64,000 nucleotides of DNA from Chiloscyllium plagiosum (GCF_004010195.1 NC_057728.1:43353431-43417430); one strand, 5' to 3'. Numbered from the stretch's first letter, positions 36,049 to 49,550 are shown. Program-made: numbers and translations. The notes: generated by a model from the letters alone, not told the origin.

Positions 36049-39000
36049 TTAAATAAAAGCTTTTATTAGGATGGCCGAAATATCTGTAGTTATATAATTC
36101 AAGAAGGGCTGCCATATTTTATGGAATAATGCGGTCTTTTGGTGCACCATATTTGTAAGGAAGTCAAGGGGAATACATTCCATAATTAATCTGTGCCAAT
36201 TTGAAAGTCCAGGGGGGCCCCTCAGCCACCCAGTTTACCAAAATATTTTTCCTTGCACAGAAAGAGAGAATAGAAAATAATCTCTTCCCGTGCATATCCA
36301 GGGAGGGTAAGTTCAAAAAGCCCAAAACGAGAGATACAGGGTCCACTCTAATTTCGGTTCCTAAGATTTCTGTCAGACCACTTGCTACTTTAGTCCAATA
36401 TCTATGGATCTTATGACAGGTCCATAAGCAATGTACAAGAATGCCCACTCTATTTTACATTTGGGACACATTGGAGATGCTCCTGCCTTAAATTTTGCCA
36501 ATCGATCCGATGCTATATGGGCCCTATGAAGTCTCTTCAACTGAATGGCCTGAGTTCTGATGCAGATGGTGATTCTTCTAGCGTTTTCCCAAATGTCATT
36601 CCACGTTTCTATAGAGATTTCTAGTTCCAAATCCTGATCCCATGTTTTAAGCAGATTGTCCATAATCTCCCAATACTTCATCATGTAATAAATGATAAGT
36701 AGTACTGACGGAAGATACCCCCATTGGCCATAGCACTCTATGTTCTCTATCTGATTCATAAAGACTATCTAATAATGTAGTCTTCTTCTGTATGTAATTT
36801 TGAATTTGGAAGTATCAAAACAGGTCTCCATTAGGTAATCCAAACTTCTGACGCAGCTGTTCAAAAGACATCAGGACCTCTTCTTTAAACAGATCTCCTA
36901 AACATGAGATACCCCTCAATCTCCAGAGTTTGAAAGTGGCATCTGTAAGCCCCGGTTGAAATCCCCATGCTCCCACTATCGGAGCATAGAGGGATGTTTT
37001 ATGTGAGTTGCCCTCATTTTGCCACATTATATTCCAAGCTTTAATTGTGTTTAGTATTATAGGGATTTTACAGTGGTCCGTAATGATTTTCCTCTTGTCT
37101 GAAAATAAAAGGTTAATAAGTGGGCATTTTACTTGAGAAGCCTCGATGTCCAGCCAGATTGATTGCGGGTCAGACAAGACCCAATCAGCTAGGGAGCTTA
37201 ATAGGGAACTTAACTGATATTTCCTAAAATCCGTGAAATCCAATCCGCCCCTTGCCTGTGGAAGCTGTAGCTTCTTCAGCTTAATGAAGGGCCGTCTATG
37301 ATTCCAGATAAAGGAACGCAGCCAGCCATACAACTTACGTAGTGCCAGCCTCAGCAGCATCACCGGAAGCATTCTCATAGGGTATAAGAGACGGGGCAGG
37401 ACATTCATTTTAATTAGTGCTATTCTACCTCGCCAGGAAATTGGAAGGTCTCCCCATCGCTGGAGGTCCGGCCTTATCCTTTCAAGTAAATGCACAAAGT
37501 TAGCCTTGTATAACTGACCAAATACTGGGGTAATGAAAATGCCTAAATATAAGAAACCCTCCAGGGACCACCGAAAGGGAAAGAGGGATCCGTCCAATAA
37601 GTGGGATATACTAGCAAGGCCACCCATTGGCATAGCCTCCGATTTTGAGAAATTAATTTTGTAGCCTGAAAATACACTAAATGTATTAATAACTTGGATT
37701 AAACGAGGCACAGACATCAAAGGATTACTGAGAAATAGAAGAACATTATCTGCATAAAGGGTAATTTTATGTTTACCTATACCAATCCTTGGGGCTGTTA
37801 TATTAGGGTCAGCCCGTATAGCTTCTGCTAGTGGCTCAATTATTAGCGTAAATAGCAATGGTTTGAGAGGACATCCCTGACGGCAGCCCCTATCCACACT
37901 GAAGCTATCCGAGCCTAATCCATTGGTAATCACAACTGCCTTGGGATGACTATATAATGTTGAGACCCATTTGGTAAACACCTTCCCAAAGCCAAACCTT
38001 TCCAATGTGTAAAACAAATATGACCATTCAACCCTGTCGAATGCCTTTTCCACGTCTAATGAGACTATTACTCCTGGTATCTTTCCCTGATGGCAGGCTT
38101 GAATCACATTCAAAACCCTTCTGACATTATTGGATGATCTACGGCCCTTAATAAACCCCGTCTGATCTTCCTTTATAATATGTGACAATACCCTTTCTAG
38201 CCTCAATGCTAATGTGGTACACAGGATTTTAAAATCTACATTTAGCAAGGATATTGGTCTATATGACGCGCAATCTTCTGGGTCCTTTCATTTTTTGAGG
38301 ATAAGAGAGATATTTGCCTCTTTCAACGAAGGCGGGAGACAGCCCTGACTGTATGAATAGTTATACATGTCCATAAGTGGACCAGCCAATATTCCTGTAA
38401 ATTCTTTATAGAATTCAGCTTGAAAGCCATCTGGGCCAGGTGCCTTACTGCTCTGAAGTTGCCTGATTACGTCAAGTATTTCTTGGATTGTTAGGGGAAC
38501 ATTCAAGACCGATACCTGTTCCAGAGTTAAGTCCGGAAAGGTCAGGATTTTTAAAAATGACTAGTCCTCGCTTCGCAATCCTGCGATTTATATAAATCAG
38601 AATAAAATTTTCTAAAGATTGTGTTAATCCTTTTGTGATCATGAGTCAAAATACCCGTACTTTCCTTGATAGACGTAACAGTTTGAGGGGCCTTCTTTAT
38701 CTTTGCAAGAAATGCTAAGTATCTACCAGGTTTATCGCCAAAGTCATATAACCTTTGTTTTGCAAATAATATTTCCCTCTTAGCCGTTTGGGTAAACGTG
38801 GTGTTTAGAGCTGTCGTAAGGGCAGTAATCCTTTGCAATTTGATAATAGAAGGTCTGTCAGCGTATGCTGTTTCAGCCGCTTTTAAGCGAGCTTCGAGCA
38901 GACGCTGTTGGTCTCCCTTTAATTTTTTTCTGTGTCGCTGAGTATGAGATGATCAAACCTCGCACGTAAGCTTTGATGGTCTCCCACATCATTGATGGGT

Positions 39001-39783
39001 TGTTAGCCGTACCTGAATTAATTTCTAAAAAAGTTTTAAAATCTTGGGATGTCTCATTGTTCCTCGCCTTGATTTCCATATATACAGCAGCGTGATCGGA
39101 AATTGCTATACTGCCTATTTTACAGGATGATATGGAATTTAAAAAAATCAAGGGGGCCAAAAACATATCGATTCTGGTATAACATTTGTGTGGATTGGAG
39201 TAAAAAAAAATCTCTGCCCTGTGGATGGAGACATCTCTATACATCTACTAATCCTAATTCTTTGTTCAAATCCACCAATTGTCTAGATCTGGGAGATACT
39301 CCTGCAGGACTCTTGGGAATCCTATCTATTTCCGGATCCATAATACAATTAAAATCTCCCCCTATAATTGTATGGACAGCACCGACAGCCATCAATTTTG
39401 AGAAGGCTTCTGTTATAAATTTAAAAGGATGTGCAGGGGGGCAATACAAATTTAAAATCCCATATTCCTCTCCATTTATAAGGGCTTTAATCAGAATATA
39501 TCATCCAGATTCGTCTTTTATCTGATTTAGGATTTTGAAAGGGAAATTCTTCCGAATAAGAATAATAACTCACCTGCTTTTTGAGCTAAAAGAAGAAAAA
39601 AAAGGCCTGATTAAATCCACCGTGTCATAATTTCAAGTGTTCTTTATCCACTAAGTGTGTTTCCTGTAGGAGAGCTATATCAACCCTTTCTTTCTTGAGG
39701 TTTGATAATATTTTCTTCCTTTTGACTGGTGAATTACTCCCCTTGACATTCCAGGTGCACCGCTTAACCGACTAATCAATCAT
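36049..39783 (-). pseudogene. L1 ORF2p (APE endonuclease + RT + C-terminal Cys-rich region), disrupted
   Basis: EN motifs WNVKG, LQETH, GGDFN, RIDMFL and SDH. RT motifs KAPGPDG, SLDVEKAFDRV, RQGCPL and YADN (YADD mutated). C-terminal CPKC...H-C-LW. Multiple stops and frameshifts. Confidence 0.93.
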
Positions 39784-40593
39784 AATCGTCCGGGCAAATC
39801 AGAGACCCCTCGGGACAGGAAACCCTATCCAGAACATCCCAAGCATAGAGCATATAAAATTCACAAAAATAAAGGCTCTCTAATACACTCATAGCAATAG
39901 AATAAAAAACCATTTCTAAATTTTAAAAAAATGTATTTAAATGAAGATTTTCCCCCTTGTTCCCTGGGGGTATCACTTCCTTTCCAAAAGTCCATCGTAT
40001 CCTCTCCCTACCAGTGTCCCACCCTTGACCAAGGCGCTCCTCAATAGGATGAAGAAAATTCAAATATACTACAGAGCTTAGAGTTAACAGTGAGCACCCT
40101 ACCCACCGCACCCCCACCCACACTAACACCTGGATATATTTGGTAATGTTAATACCATGTATAAAATATATAACTATAAAATTACAGCTTCAACAAGTAA
40201 TAATTAAATATAATAATACAAAATAACAGGAGAAAATAACCCCGCTCCTAAAGAGAGATAAAATAGGATAAGGTAACCACCTCCCCCCACCGACATTAAC
40301 TAGACCCTCCGGCCTATATATATATATATATGGGGGTGTGGGGAGAGGGATTTTTTTTTTTTCTCTACTTAACGATTTTCTGCCCTTTTTTTATTCTATA
40401 TATGTATATATATATATAATAAAAAAAGGGGGCAGAAAATCGTTAAGTAGAGAACAAATAAATAAATCCCTCTCCCCACACCCCCAAGATAATATTAAAC
40501 AGTAAGGTAAAAAAAGGGGATTAATATATAAAAAAAGGGGGATGTAAACCGGAGTGGGGGGAAAGCAAAACAACATCAATTAACTCTTACAAT

Positions 40594-41429
40594 TTATCTA
40601 AGAGAGTCCAAAAATTCCTTGGCCTTTTCCGGCGATCCAACGTTATATACGGAACCTTCATGGTTAAAGCGTAGCTTTGCTGGGTAGTGCAAGGAGTACT
40701 GAATATTTAAGTCCCTTAAACACTTCTTCGCTTCATCAAATGCCTTCCTCTTTCGGACCAGAGCTGGGGAAAAGTCCTGGAATAACATGATCTTGGATCC
40801 TTTATAAATCATGGCTTGGGGATCTTTCTCAAGATTTCTGGAGGCTTCTAAGAGTATCTGCCTCTCCTTGTAGCTCTGCAGCCGGAACAGGACCGGGCGG
40901 GGGCGCTGTTTCGAGCCGGGCCCGCGTATTGCAACCCGGTAGGCCCATTCCACCCTTACCTGGCCTGATCCAGCTTCCAGATTTAAAAGCTGTGGAAGCC
41001 ACTGTTTAAGGAACACTTGTAAGCTGGCCTTCCTCTTCCCGTTCGGGAAGGCCCAGCAAACGAATTCTCGAGGTCGTCAATGTGATTCTCTAAGGTCCGG
41101 ACTCGCTGTTCGAGAGTCCGGACCCGATCCATGGCTGATTTTCGTGTAGTTTCAGAGGTCGCGGCCTTTAGCTCCGCCCCTCCGACTTGGGCGCTCAATT
41201 TCCTTGATGTCTCTGTCGTGCTTTCGCAGCGCGGCCAAGAGTGAGTCACATCGGCTTCGGGACTCTTCAATGAAGGCATCGATCTTCACATCGAGCTTGG
41301 AGATTATTTCCACAAGGCTCACCACCATAGGTAAGTCCCCCAGGGTGGCTGCGGATGCCTCTGCTGCAGCTGGAGAGGGGGAGGGGTTCCTGCCTGTTGA
41401 GAGCTGCGGGCTCCCTTCCCTTCAGTCAT
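40594..41429 (-). pseudogene. L1 ORF1p (coiled coil + RRM + CTD), frameshifted
   Basis: Pieces ...RVRTLEQRVRTLENHIDDLEN... and RPRPVLFRLQSYKERQ...IMLFQDFSPALVRKRKAF...YSLHYPAKLRF, typical of L1 ORF1p, lie in different frames. Confidence 0.85.
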
Positions 41430-41583
41430 TTTAATGGAGATTAAATTGTTTAAATTCAATACTATGCAACTAATTACATTAAGTAAAAACTATTTTAAAT
41501 GATTTGGTGAGTGTGGTGGAGGCGGGTGACCCACTTTGCCCAAGTCTTGGGAGGAGGACTGTGGACTCAGACTTGCTGGGTCG

Positions 41584-41594
41584 CCGCCATCTTG
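41584..41594 (-). promoter_or_regulatory. YY1-type motif (CAAGATGGCGG) at the L1 5' end
   Basis: Matches the YY1 consensus AAGATGGCGG, 8 bp from the G-run that begins the element, as in mammalian L1 promoters. Confidence 0.65.
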
Positions 41595-42039
41595 GATCCC
41601 CCTCCTTTTCTTCTTAACTTTTAAAATGTAATTCCTGCACTGTTATCCATACTCCTGTAGACATACTGTAGTAATGAGCTCTTTCTATATGACATAAGGT
41701 TCCCTGTGTTACTCTGTACTATCATGCATGTTTCTGGACATCTAAAGGTATAGATTTTCGAGTATTTCTGTTCTTCTGGGAACATACTTGTTCTGAAGAC
41801 TCTTTATCTCACATTTGAATATCTTCCACCTTTCTGGAACTGGTTTACCCTCAAGAATCTGTTTCTAGTTCATTTACATTAAATCACATCTCAGCTAAGT
41901 TGAATTTGTACTTCCTCAAGTGAGAAATTTACTCTCCATCTAACTTTATTCTTCTACATAACTGAGTTATGACCGTATGACTAAAATACTCTCCCCCATA
42001 AACTATTCCACCTTGCCAAAATTCATTCCCTCATTAACT

Positions 42040-43074
42040 CGGATTGAAGTTAGTAAGGGAGAGGTTAGTAAGGAAGAGGTGTTAGTAAGGAAGGAGTGAA
42101 AATAGACATGCTCCCTGAGCCAGATGGGATTTATCCGAGTATTCTCTGGGAAACTAGGGAGGAGGTGTGGGAGCCTTTGGCTTTGATCTTTGAGCCATCA
42201 CTCTCTACAGGTTTAGTACAGAGGGCTGGAGGATTGCAAATGTTGTGCCCTTGTTCAATAAGGGCAGTAGAGATGACCTGGGTAATTATAGACCAGTGAG
42301 CCTTATGTCTGTTGTAGCAAAGGGTTTGGAAAGGATTATGAGAGATAGGATTTATAATCATCTAGCAAGCAAAAATTTGAATGCAGATAGTCAACATGGT
42401 TTTGTCAAGGGCAGGTCATGTCTCATAAACCCCATTGAGTTTTTTGAGAAGGTGATCAAACATATGGATGAGGGTAGGGCAGTTGACGTAGTGTACATGG
42501 ACTTCAGTAAGGCCTTTGAAAGGGTTCCACATGGTAAGCTGTTGGAGAAAATGCAGAGGCATTAATGAGGGAGATTTAGCAGATTGGATTAGAAAAGGCA
42601 GCGAGTGGTGGTTGATGGAAAATATTCAGTCTGGAGTCCGGTTACTCGTGGTCTGTCACAATGATCTATTTTGGGGCCACTGCTGTTTGTCATTTTTATA
42701 AGTGACTTAGACACTGGCATATATAGATGAGTTAGTAAATTTGCAGATGACACTAAAGTCAGTGGAGTAGTAGACAGTGTGGAAGAATGTTGCAGGATGC
42801 AGGGGGACTTGAATAAATTACAGAATTGGGCTGGGAGGTGACAAATGGAGTTCAATGCAAATAAATGTGAGGTGTTCACTTTGGGAAAAATAACAGGAAG
42901 GCAGAATATTGGGTCAATGGAAAAATTCTTGGCATTGTGGATGTGCAGAGGGATCTTGGAGTCCATGTTCATAGATCCCTGAAAGTTGCCACCCAGGTTG
43001 ATAGTGCTGTTAAGAAGGTGTTAGGTTTTATTGGTAGATGGATTGAGTTCCGGAGCCATAATATCATATGCAAC
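42040..43074 (+). mobile_element. CR1 RT fragment
   Basis: GNYRPVSL, HGFVKGRSCL, VYMDFSKAF and KFADDT. It ends abruptly at a Tigger-like TIR. Confidence 0.88.
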
Positions 43075-43390
43075 TACAAGGAACCTCGATTATCCGAATG
43101 AGATGGGCAGGCACAATTTCATTTGGATAATTGATTATTCGCTTAATTGATTCAATGCCTTTCCTCTGGGCCTCGGAGTTTTCTGAAATTTCTTTTTTCC
43201 TCACTCTGCCTGCCTTGCTCCCTCTGTCTGTATCAAGTAAGTAAACAATTGTGTGTAAGGGACCTGTAGCATTGCTGAAGCCTCCAGCACCTCCCAATCA
43301 GTTCAATGGGATTGACACAGTGAGCACTTGCTAAGGCTGCTCCCCATTCAGGAGACCCCACCACCACCAGCCCTACCCCCATCCAACTCC
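43075..43390. mobile_element. One-ended copy of the same Tigger/pogo-like element
   Basis: ta-caaggaacctcgattatccgaatgagatggg...caatgcctttcctctgggcctcggagttttctg matches 8403-8515. Confidence 0.7.
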
Positions 43391-44384
43391 TTGTATTGTC
43401 AAGGTGCAATGGTATTTACTTCAATCTCTTTTGTTAACTATTTTATAGTTTTCCATATCCTCTTAATGATTTCCTCTTTTCAATTTCAAATTTTACATAC
43501 CTACCTTCTGTATCTATATTCAAGTTCCCATTCCCCTGTCAAGATAGTTGAAATTCTTTCTAAAACAAACTAAGAAATGTCTTTATGACAATACTGGCCT
43601 GACCCTGTTGAGGTGCACACCACCTTCTTTGTACCACCTTTCCCACAACGGGGTTCAATGCTCTCAGAATTTAAAACCATGCCTTCTGTACCATTCCCCT
43701 CTAATTCCTGTATTCCTAGTGTGTGTCACAAGGGATAATCTATTCAACCTAATTAGCTTCTTACTTTACTTTCTAAAATCTGCCAGTACATATCTCATTC
43801 TACCTGTATTAGTGGCATTTATGTAGAGGATTATCGTTTATTGCCCACCTCCCTCTTCCCAGTCCCAGAATGTTTTTCAGTGACACCTTTGATTCTGGAA
43901 CCAAAGAGCCAACAAACCATCCTAGAATTATGTTTTTTGCCAAAGAATGGCTTCCTGTTCCCCTAAATATTGAAATCCATTCCAATTTTATGATCTCCCT
44001 CACCCCATGGCATTTTGGTGTAATTTAAATTACAGCAGCAACAGGAAAACTAAAGAAAAATTTTTAAGTAAAATAAATTAAGAATGCAAGATCAGTAAAA
44101 CCACTGAGATTAAAAAATCAACACATGGAGAAAATTGTTAATTAAAATAACTCCAATTGGGCTTTTCAAAATTTGTTGGAAGATTTTCCATGTTGTCTAT
44201 TATACAAAATCAAAAAAATATTTCAAAACAGTACATTTAAATTTTATTAGAAATTATGGTAATAACAAATTTCCCTGTTATGCTCACACATTCCAAATAA
44301 AAACAATCAAAATAAATATTTCCCACATAAATCGGTTCTTAAAAACCTGCGCAGCTGTAAACAAAAATCAATTTACATTTGTTT

Positions 44385-44705
44385 TATTCATTCCTGGGAT
44401 GAAGGCATTGCCGGCTAGACTAGTATTTATTGCTAGTCCACTTGTCCAGAGGGCATTTAAGAGCCAACTGCATTGGGTCTGGAGTCATACGTAGGCCAGA
44501 CCAGGTAAGGACAGCAATTTCCTTCCCTAAATGACATTAGTGAACCAGATAGGTCTTTCTTGACAATCAACGTTGGATTGATCGTCATCATTAGACTTTA
44601 AATTCCAGATTTTTATTGAATTCAAATTTCAGCAATTGCTGTGGTAGGATTTGTATGTGGGTCTCTGGATTAACAGTCCAGTGTTAATTCCCAGAGGCCA
44701 TTGTC
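44385..44705 (-). mobile_element. SINE-like element sharing its 3' tail with the second LINE family
   Basis: Minus strand ends gcaataaatactagtctagccggcaatgccttcatcccaggaatgaataaaa, as at 17240-17290. Body ggttcactaatgtcatttagggaaggaaa. Confidence 0.6.
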
Positions 44706-46597
44706 TCATCAAACATACCTAATATATTTTCTATATGGAATTTACTGGGATGGACTTTCATGGGGATAGTCACACATTTTCTGTAATTTTGGGAGCAGAT
44801 CACCAGGCATCAAATAAAAATTGTTTGTAATTGTATGTATTTTTTTCCCCACACAGCAGTGGAGCCAGTGTTATTAAATAATTATAAGGAAGAGATAGAA
44901 AACAGGTTGACTAATAAAACAGTGAAAGGTAGTGAGCTATGAAGGATTGTGGAATTGACACCATGATCTTATTGAATCAGATTCAAGGGGCTTAATGATC
45001 TATTCCTACTTCTAATTTGCATGTTCGCACACAGAAGGGGGAAGGAAACCTCACTGCATGTGTGCATTCAATTTGCATGTGGGTTAGCAGAACATTATCT
45101 GGGTCTCTGGATTAACAGCCCAGTGTTAATTCCCAGAGGCCATTGCCTCATCAAACATACCTAAGATATTTTCTGTGTAGAATTTACTGGGATGGACTTT
45201 CATGGGGATAGTCACGCATTTTCTGTAACTTTGGGAGCAGATCACCAGGCATCGAATAAAAATTGTTTGAAATTGTACGTATTTTTTCCCCACACAGCAG
45301 TGCATGTGTGCATTCAATTTCTAAATATAATACTCAGTATAATACTTTAAAAACCCTCCATATCTGGTAGCCAAGACTACACCAGAATTATGCCTGATGG
45401 TGCCTCCCAGAATTTACCTGGCAGGAATTTGTGAGGTTGGTGTAGTGTACTTAATTTACATGAACAATGACTGAAGGATCACGATGAGTGCATTTCTGGT
45501 CCAATGCAGCTGGAAAATTTGGTGCCTGCCAATTGTTCATTGGGAGGGATTGTCATTGTTGTGCTACAGATTTGAACCAGAGTACATACGTGCCTAAAAG
45601 GTTTTTGTTTAAACACAGATTTCTTTGGGTATCTTGTGGACTCTGTCCTGTTATGTGGGTTTCTTCTATTTCGCAGTAGTTGGTATACTCTTTCAGACTA
45701 TTAATTCCCAATTAGAAACTGAAGCAGGAACTCAATATAAAGAGCCCATACCACTGGTAACATTAATTACTGTTCCTTGTAAGTGAAAAACAATATTACT
45801 AATTTCTTCTGACTTATTTGGTTAAATCCATTGGTCTCCAGTTGAAACCCATACAAATTTTCAGGATGCTGAGAAGATAAAAATTTGCTTTCGACAAATG
45901 AACTATCCATCTAAGTATCTGTTGTGGATGAAGCCCTGTGTGCTAACTCAGGTACATACAGAAGACTTAATTGCATTACTTGAACAATGCAGATTTCTTG
46001 GTCACTGTCTATCTCCAACTCAAGACAAATTACATAGATTTTTTTGTTATTTATTTCAGCATTGCATATGGTACCTTACTATCTGCAAATTGGCTTGCAC
46101 ATTTTCCCGCATTATGACAATTTTTAAAAAAGTTATCACAATTTAGAATAATGTGAGGTGTTGCATTTTGGTACAGCAAATCAGGGCAGGGTAAGATTCT
46201 TGTCAGTGTTGCTAATCAAATAGACCTAGGGGTGCACATTCATAGTTCCTTGAAAGTGAGTCATAGGTCGACAGGTAGTGAAGAAGGTATTTAGTGCGCG
46301 TGCCTTTATTGGTCAGTGTATGGAGCATAGGAGTTGGCAGGTCATGATATGGCTGTACAGGACATTGGTTAGGCCACTTTTGGAATACTGCATTCAATTC
46401 TAGTCTCCTTGCTATAGCAAAGATATTGTGAAACCTGAAAGGATTCATAAAAGATTTCCAAGGAATTTGCTGGGATTGGAGGATTTGAGCTACAGAGAGA
46501 GGCTGAAGAGACTGTGGCTTTTTTCTCGGAACGTCAGAGGCTGAGGGGTGACAATATCGAACTTTATAAAATTATGAGGGGCTTGAATGGTGAATAG

Positions 46598-46823
46598 AGC
46601 TGAAAATGTGTTGCTGGAAAAGCGCAGCAGGTCAGGCAGCATCCAAGGAACAGGAGAATTGACATTTCGGGCATAAGCCCTTCTTCAGGAATCTTCAGCC
46701 CTTCTTTGGGCTTATGCCCAAAACGTCGATTCTCCTGTTCCTTGGATGCTGCCTGACCTGCTGTGCTTTTCCAGCAACACATTTTCAGCTCTGATCTCCA
46801 GCATCTGCAGCCCTCACTTTCTC
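46598..46823. mobile_element. Palindromic PLE-derived insertion with 16-bp TSD
   Basis: CTTGAATGGTGAATAG at 46582-46597 and 46824-46839. Two head-to-head PLE termini. Confidence 0.88.
46656..46693 (-). ncRNA. Minimal hammerhead motif, sense to the host pre-mRNA, stem III weakened
   Basis: Minus strand reads CTGAAGA-A-GGGC-ttat-GCCC-GAAATGTC; the stem III ACGT has become ATGT. Confidence 0.55.
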
Positions 46824-49334
46824 CTTGAATGGTGAATAGCCAAGGTCTTTTTCCCAAGGTAGGGGAATCCAAAACTAGAGGGGATAGGGTTGAGGTGAGA
46901 GGGGTTTAAACGGGATCTAAGGGGAACTTTTTTCACGCAGACGGTGGTGCGTGTATGGAATGAGCTGCCAGAGGAAATGGTGGAGTCTGGTACAATTACC
47001 GCATTTAAAAGCCATTTGGATGGTCACATGAATAGAAAGGGCTTATAAGGATATGGGCCAAATGCTGGCAAATGGGACTAGATTAATTTAGGATACTTGG
47101 TTGGTGTGAGCAGTTCGACCGAAAGGTCTGTTTACATGCTATACAACTCTTTGAGTTTATGATCTCTAAAATACTTAGTTGTGCTTAGGGATATCCTGAA
47201 CTCTTTCTTGACTGGCGTTGCCACGCTAAAATAAATGATTTGTAGTAAAGTGCTAAACATATTAACTTTACTCCTAAAAAAAATTCAAATGTAAATAGTA
47301 ATGTTTAAAATTTTGTTTTATTATGTCTGCTTTACTGAGACTTCCAATGCTGAATTCCATGCTCTGTCAAGTGAAAAACTACTACACTACTCAAAAGTCT
47401 ATAGTTTGGTGCTGTTGAAGGATATCACAGACAATCAACAATAAAAATTCTCTTTAAACAGTACCTTTACAGTAGTAAAAATTCCAAGCCATCTCACAGA
47501 AGCATGAGAAAACAAAAATTTGTATTGTGCCTCATAAAAGTATTAGAACAGCAAGGAGGAGATTAGAAAGAGTGCCTCAAAATAAGAGATGAAAGAAGTG
47601 GTGAGATTTAGTGAGGGAATTATAGAGCTTAAGGCCTTGTCACTGGAAGCTATGGCGATCAATGATGGTGTAACTAAAATCATGGATACTTAAGAGGACA
47701 GTAAGGAGGAAGGACATAGGAATAAAACTAATTACAGAGATATGGAAGGATGAGGGTATGGAGTAATTTGAAAACAAGGATTAGAATTTTAAAATTGAGG
47801 TTGTAAAGATAGGAGTTAATGTAGGTCAGGAAGTAGAGGAAGGATGGATACACTTAGCTTATTGTGACTTAGGACATCATCAGCAAGGTTTGGCTACCTC
47901 AAGTTTCTGATAGCTAGAGCGTAGAAGACCAGCTGGACCTACACTAGAATAGTCAAATTTACAAACAACAAAGGTATGCATGGTGGTTTCTGCAGAATTG
48001 AGCTAAGGTAGGGTACCATAAAGTGATGCTGTGGAGTTGGAAACAGGTGTATGCTTGATATACCATGAAACATGAGTACTTCAAGCTGGATCAATGCCAT
48101 GAAAACTGTGGAGGACAACATTTCTACTTTTATAATGAAGTTGGCCAGAGTGCAAGTAAGACTTAAAATCAAATCAACTGCAATCAACAGCCCTGTTGCA
48201 AACTGAAAATCCCAGGAAGGGGTTGGGAATCCTGGGATTAGTTCCAGGCTGCGATTTTCACTCCTTCATGAAGTCTTCTCAACACAAAGAAAATCTAGCC
48301 ATATTTTTGCTTATGTGGCAATTTATATTTTAAACTCCAGAAGAGAAAACTACTGTTATATGTTAGATTGCCCTTTAAGGTGGCCACTTCATTACCCAGG
48401 AACCAACTTAAAAATCTCTACGTTCTTAGTGGCTTGCTTATTTTTAATTCTCCTCTTTGGGTAACATCTGATTTACACTATAAGGGCCACTCTGTAGATT
48501 CTTTCCCTCTAATTCTAAGCTAGAAGAATCTCCAATCTGACCACAAGCTCCCATCAACATTTGCCTGGTGGTCAACAAAATTAGCATTTTCTCTGTTTCA
48601 GGTTGAGGAATAGTGCCTCTATTTCTTGTTCTGTGCCTCTTATGTGCTTTTAGAAAACCCCAAAGATCTGTCTGTTAGGTCGTTTTCAAGCATTTGTAAG
48701 GAAGCCTACAACTTGATCTCAAGAAACGCTTCCGCTGCCCTTTCTTCATGGCAGTATGAAACATACTACCATTGTATCAAAGTATAATTGCTAGTTAAAA
48801 ACCAAAAGGACTGTGGATGCTGTACATCAGAGACAAAAATAGAAGTTGCTGAAAAAGCTCAGCAGGTCCAGCAGCATTTGTGAAGAGAAGGAGCACTAGA
48901 CCAGAAACATTATCTTTGATTTCTCCTCACAGATGCTGCCAGACCTGTTCAGCTTTTCCAGCAACTTCTGTTTTTGTTTTAGAATTTCTAGTTGGCTACC
49001 TTTGGTCCCATGTTCCTTGCATTTTAGAATTAAATAGATACTGGTTTCTGTCTTTCCAATATTTAGGTGGAAGATATTTAGCTCATCCAGTACTGGTTAT
49101 CAACAACTGCTCTTAATATTTCATTTTTGTCTTTGGGAAAAATATCATAGAAGGCTTCCTGAAGTATAATGTACTTCTAAATAATTGTATAAATCCTACA
49201 ACTTAAGAACCCCATTTAAAATAAAATAAAATGAATGTGGTTTAATTCTATCACTAGAAGACTCTATTATTGGATTCCGCATTTATCACAGGGACAAGGG
49301 CACTTAAATATTTTGGCTAAGGGGGTCAGAATTT

Positions 49335-49550
49335 GAAAAAATTCTGGAAAAGCACAGCAGGTCAGGCAGCATCTGAGGAGCAGGAGAGTAGATGGTTTCG
49401 GGCATACGCCCTGCTTCAGAAATAATGAAGGACTTATGCCTGAAATGTCAATTCGCCTGCTCCTCGGATGATGCCTGACCAGCCGTGCTTTTCCAGTGCT
49501 ACATTTTTCAACTCTGATTCTTCAGCCACTGCAGACCTCACTTTCTCCTG
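49335..49550. mobile_element. Palindromic PLE-derived element, diverged
   Basis: ctggaaaagcacagcaggtcaggcagcatc ... gatgatgcctgaccagccgtgcttttccag, plus the tail ctgcagacctcactttctcc. Confidence 0.78.

Larger units (their letters stand above)
35679..41602 (-). mobile_element. Full-length L1-clade LINE (~5.9 kb), inactivated
   Basis: 5' end GGGGGATCCAAGATGGCGGCG, then ORF1, an ~800 bp inter-ORF region and ORF2. AATAAA at 35697-35702 precedes an A9 tail. Candidate 7-bp TSD TCCTTTT at 35676-35682 and 41603-41609. Confidence 0.93.
46150..47165 (+). mobile_element. CR1 3' portion interrupted by a PLE-derived insertion
   Basis: Collinear with 53250-54040 once 46598-46823 and one TSD are removed. 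Confidence 0.85.

Noticed and set aside
36815..38248. 477-aa ORF as an active reverse transcriptase or domesticated gene
   Set aside because: It is only a fragment of L1 ORF2, bounded by frameshifts, and the catalytic YADD reads YADN.
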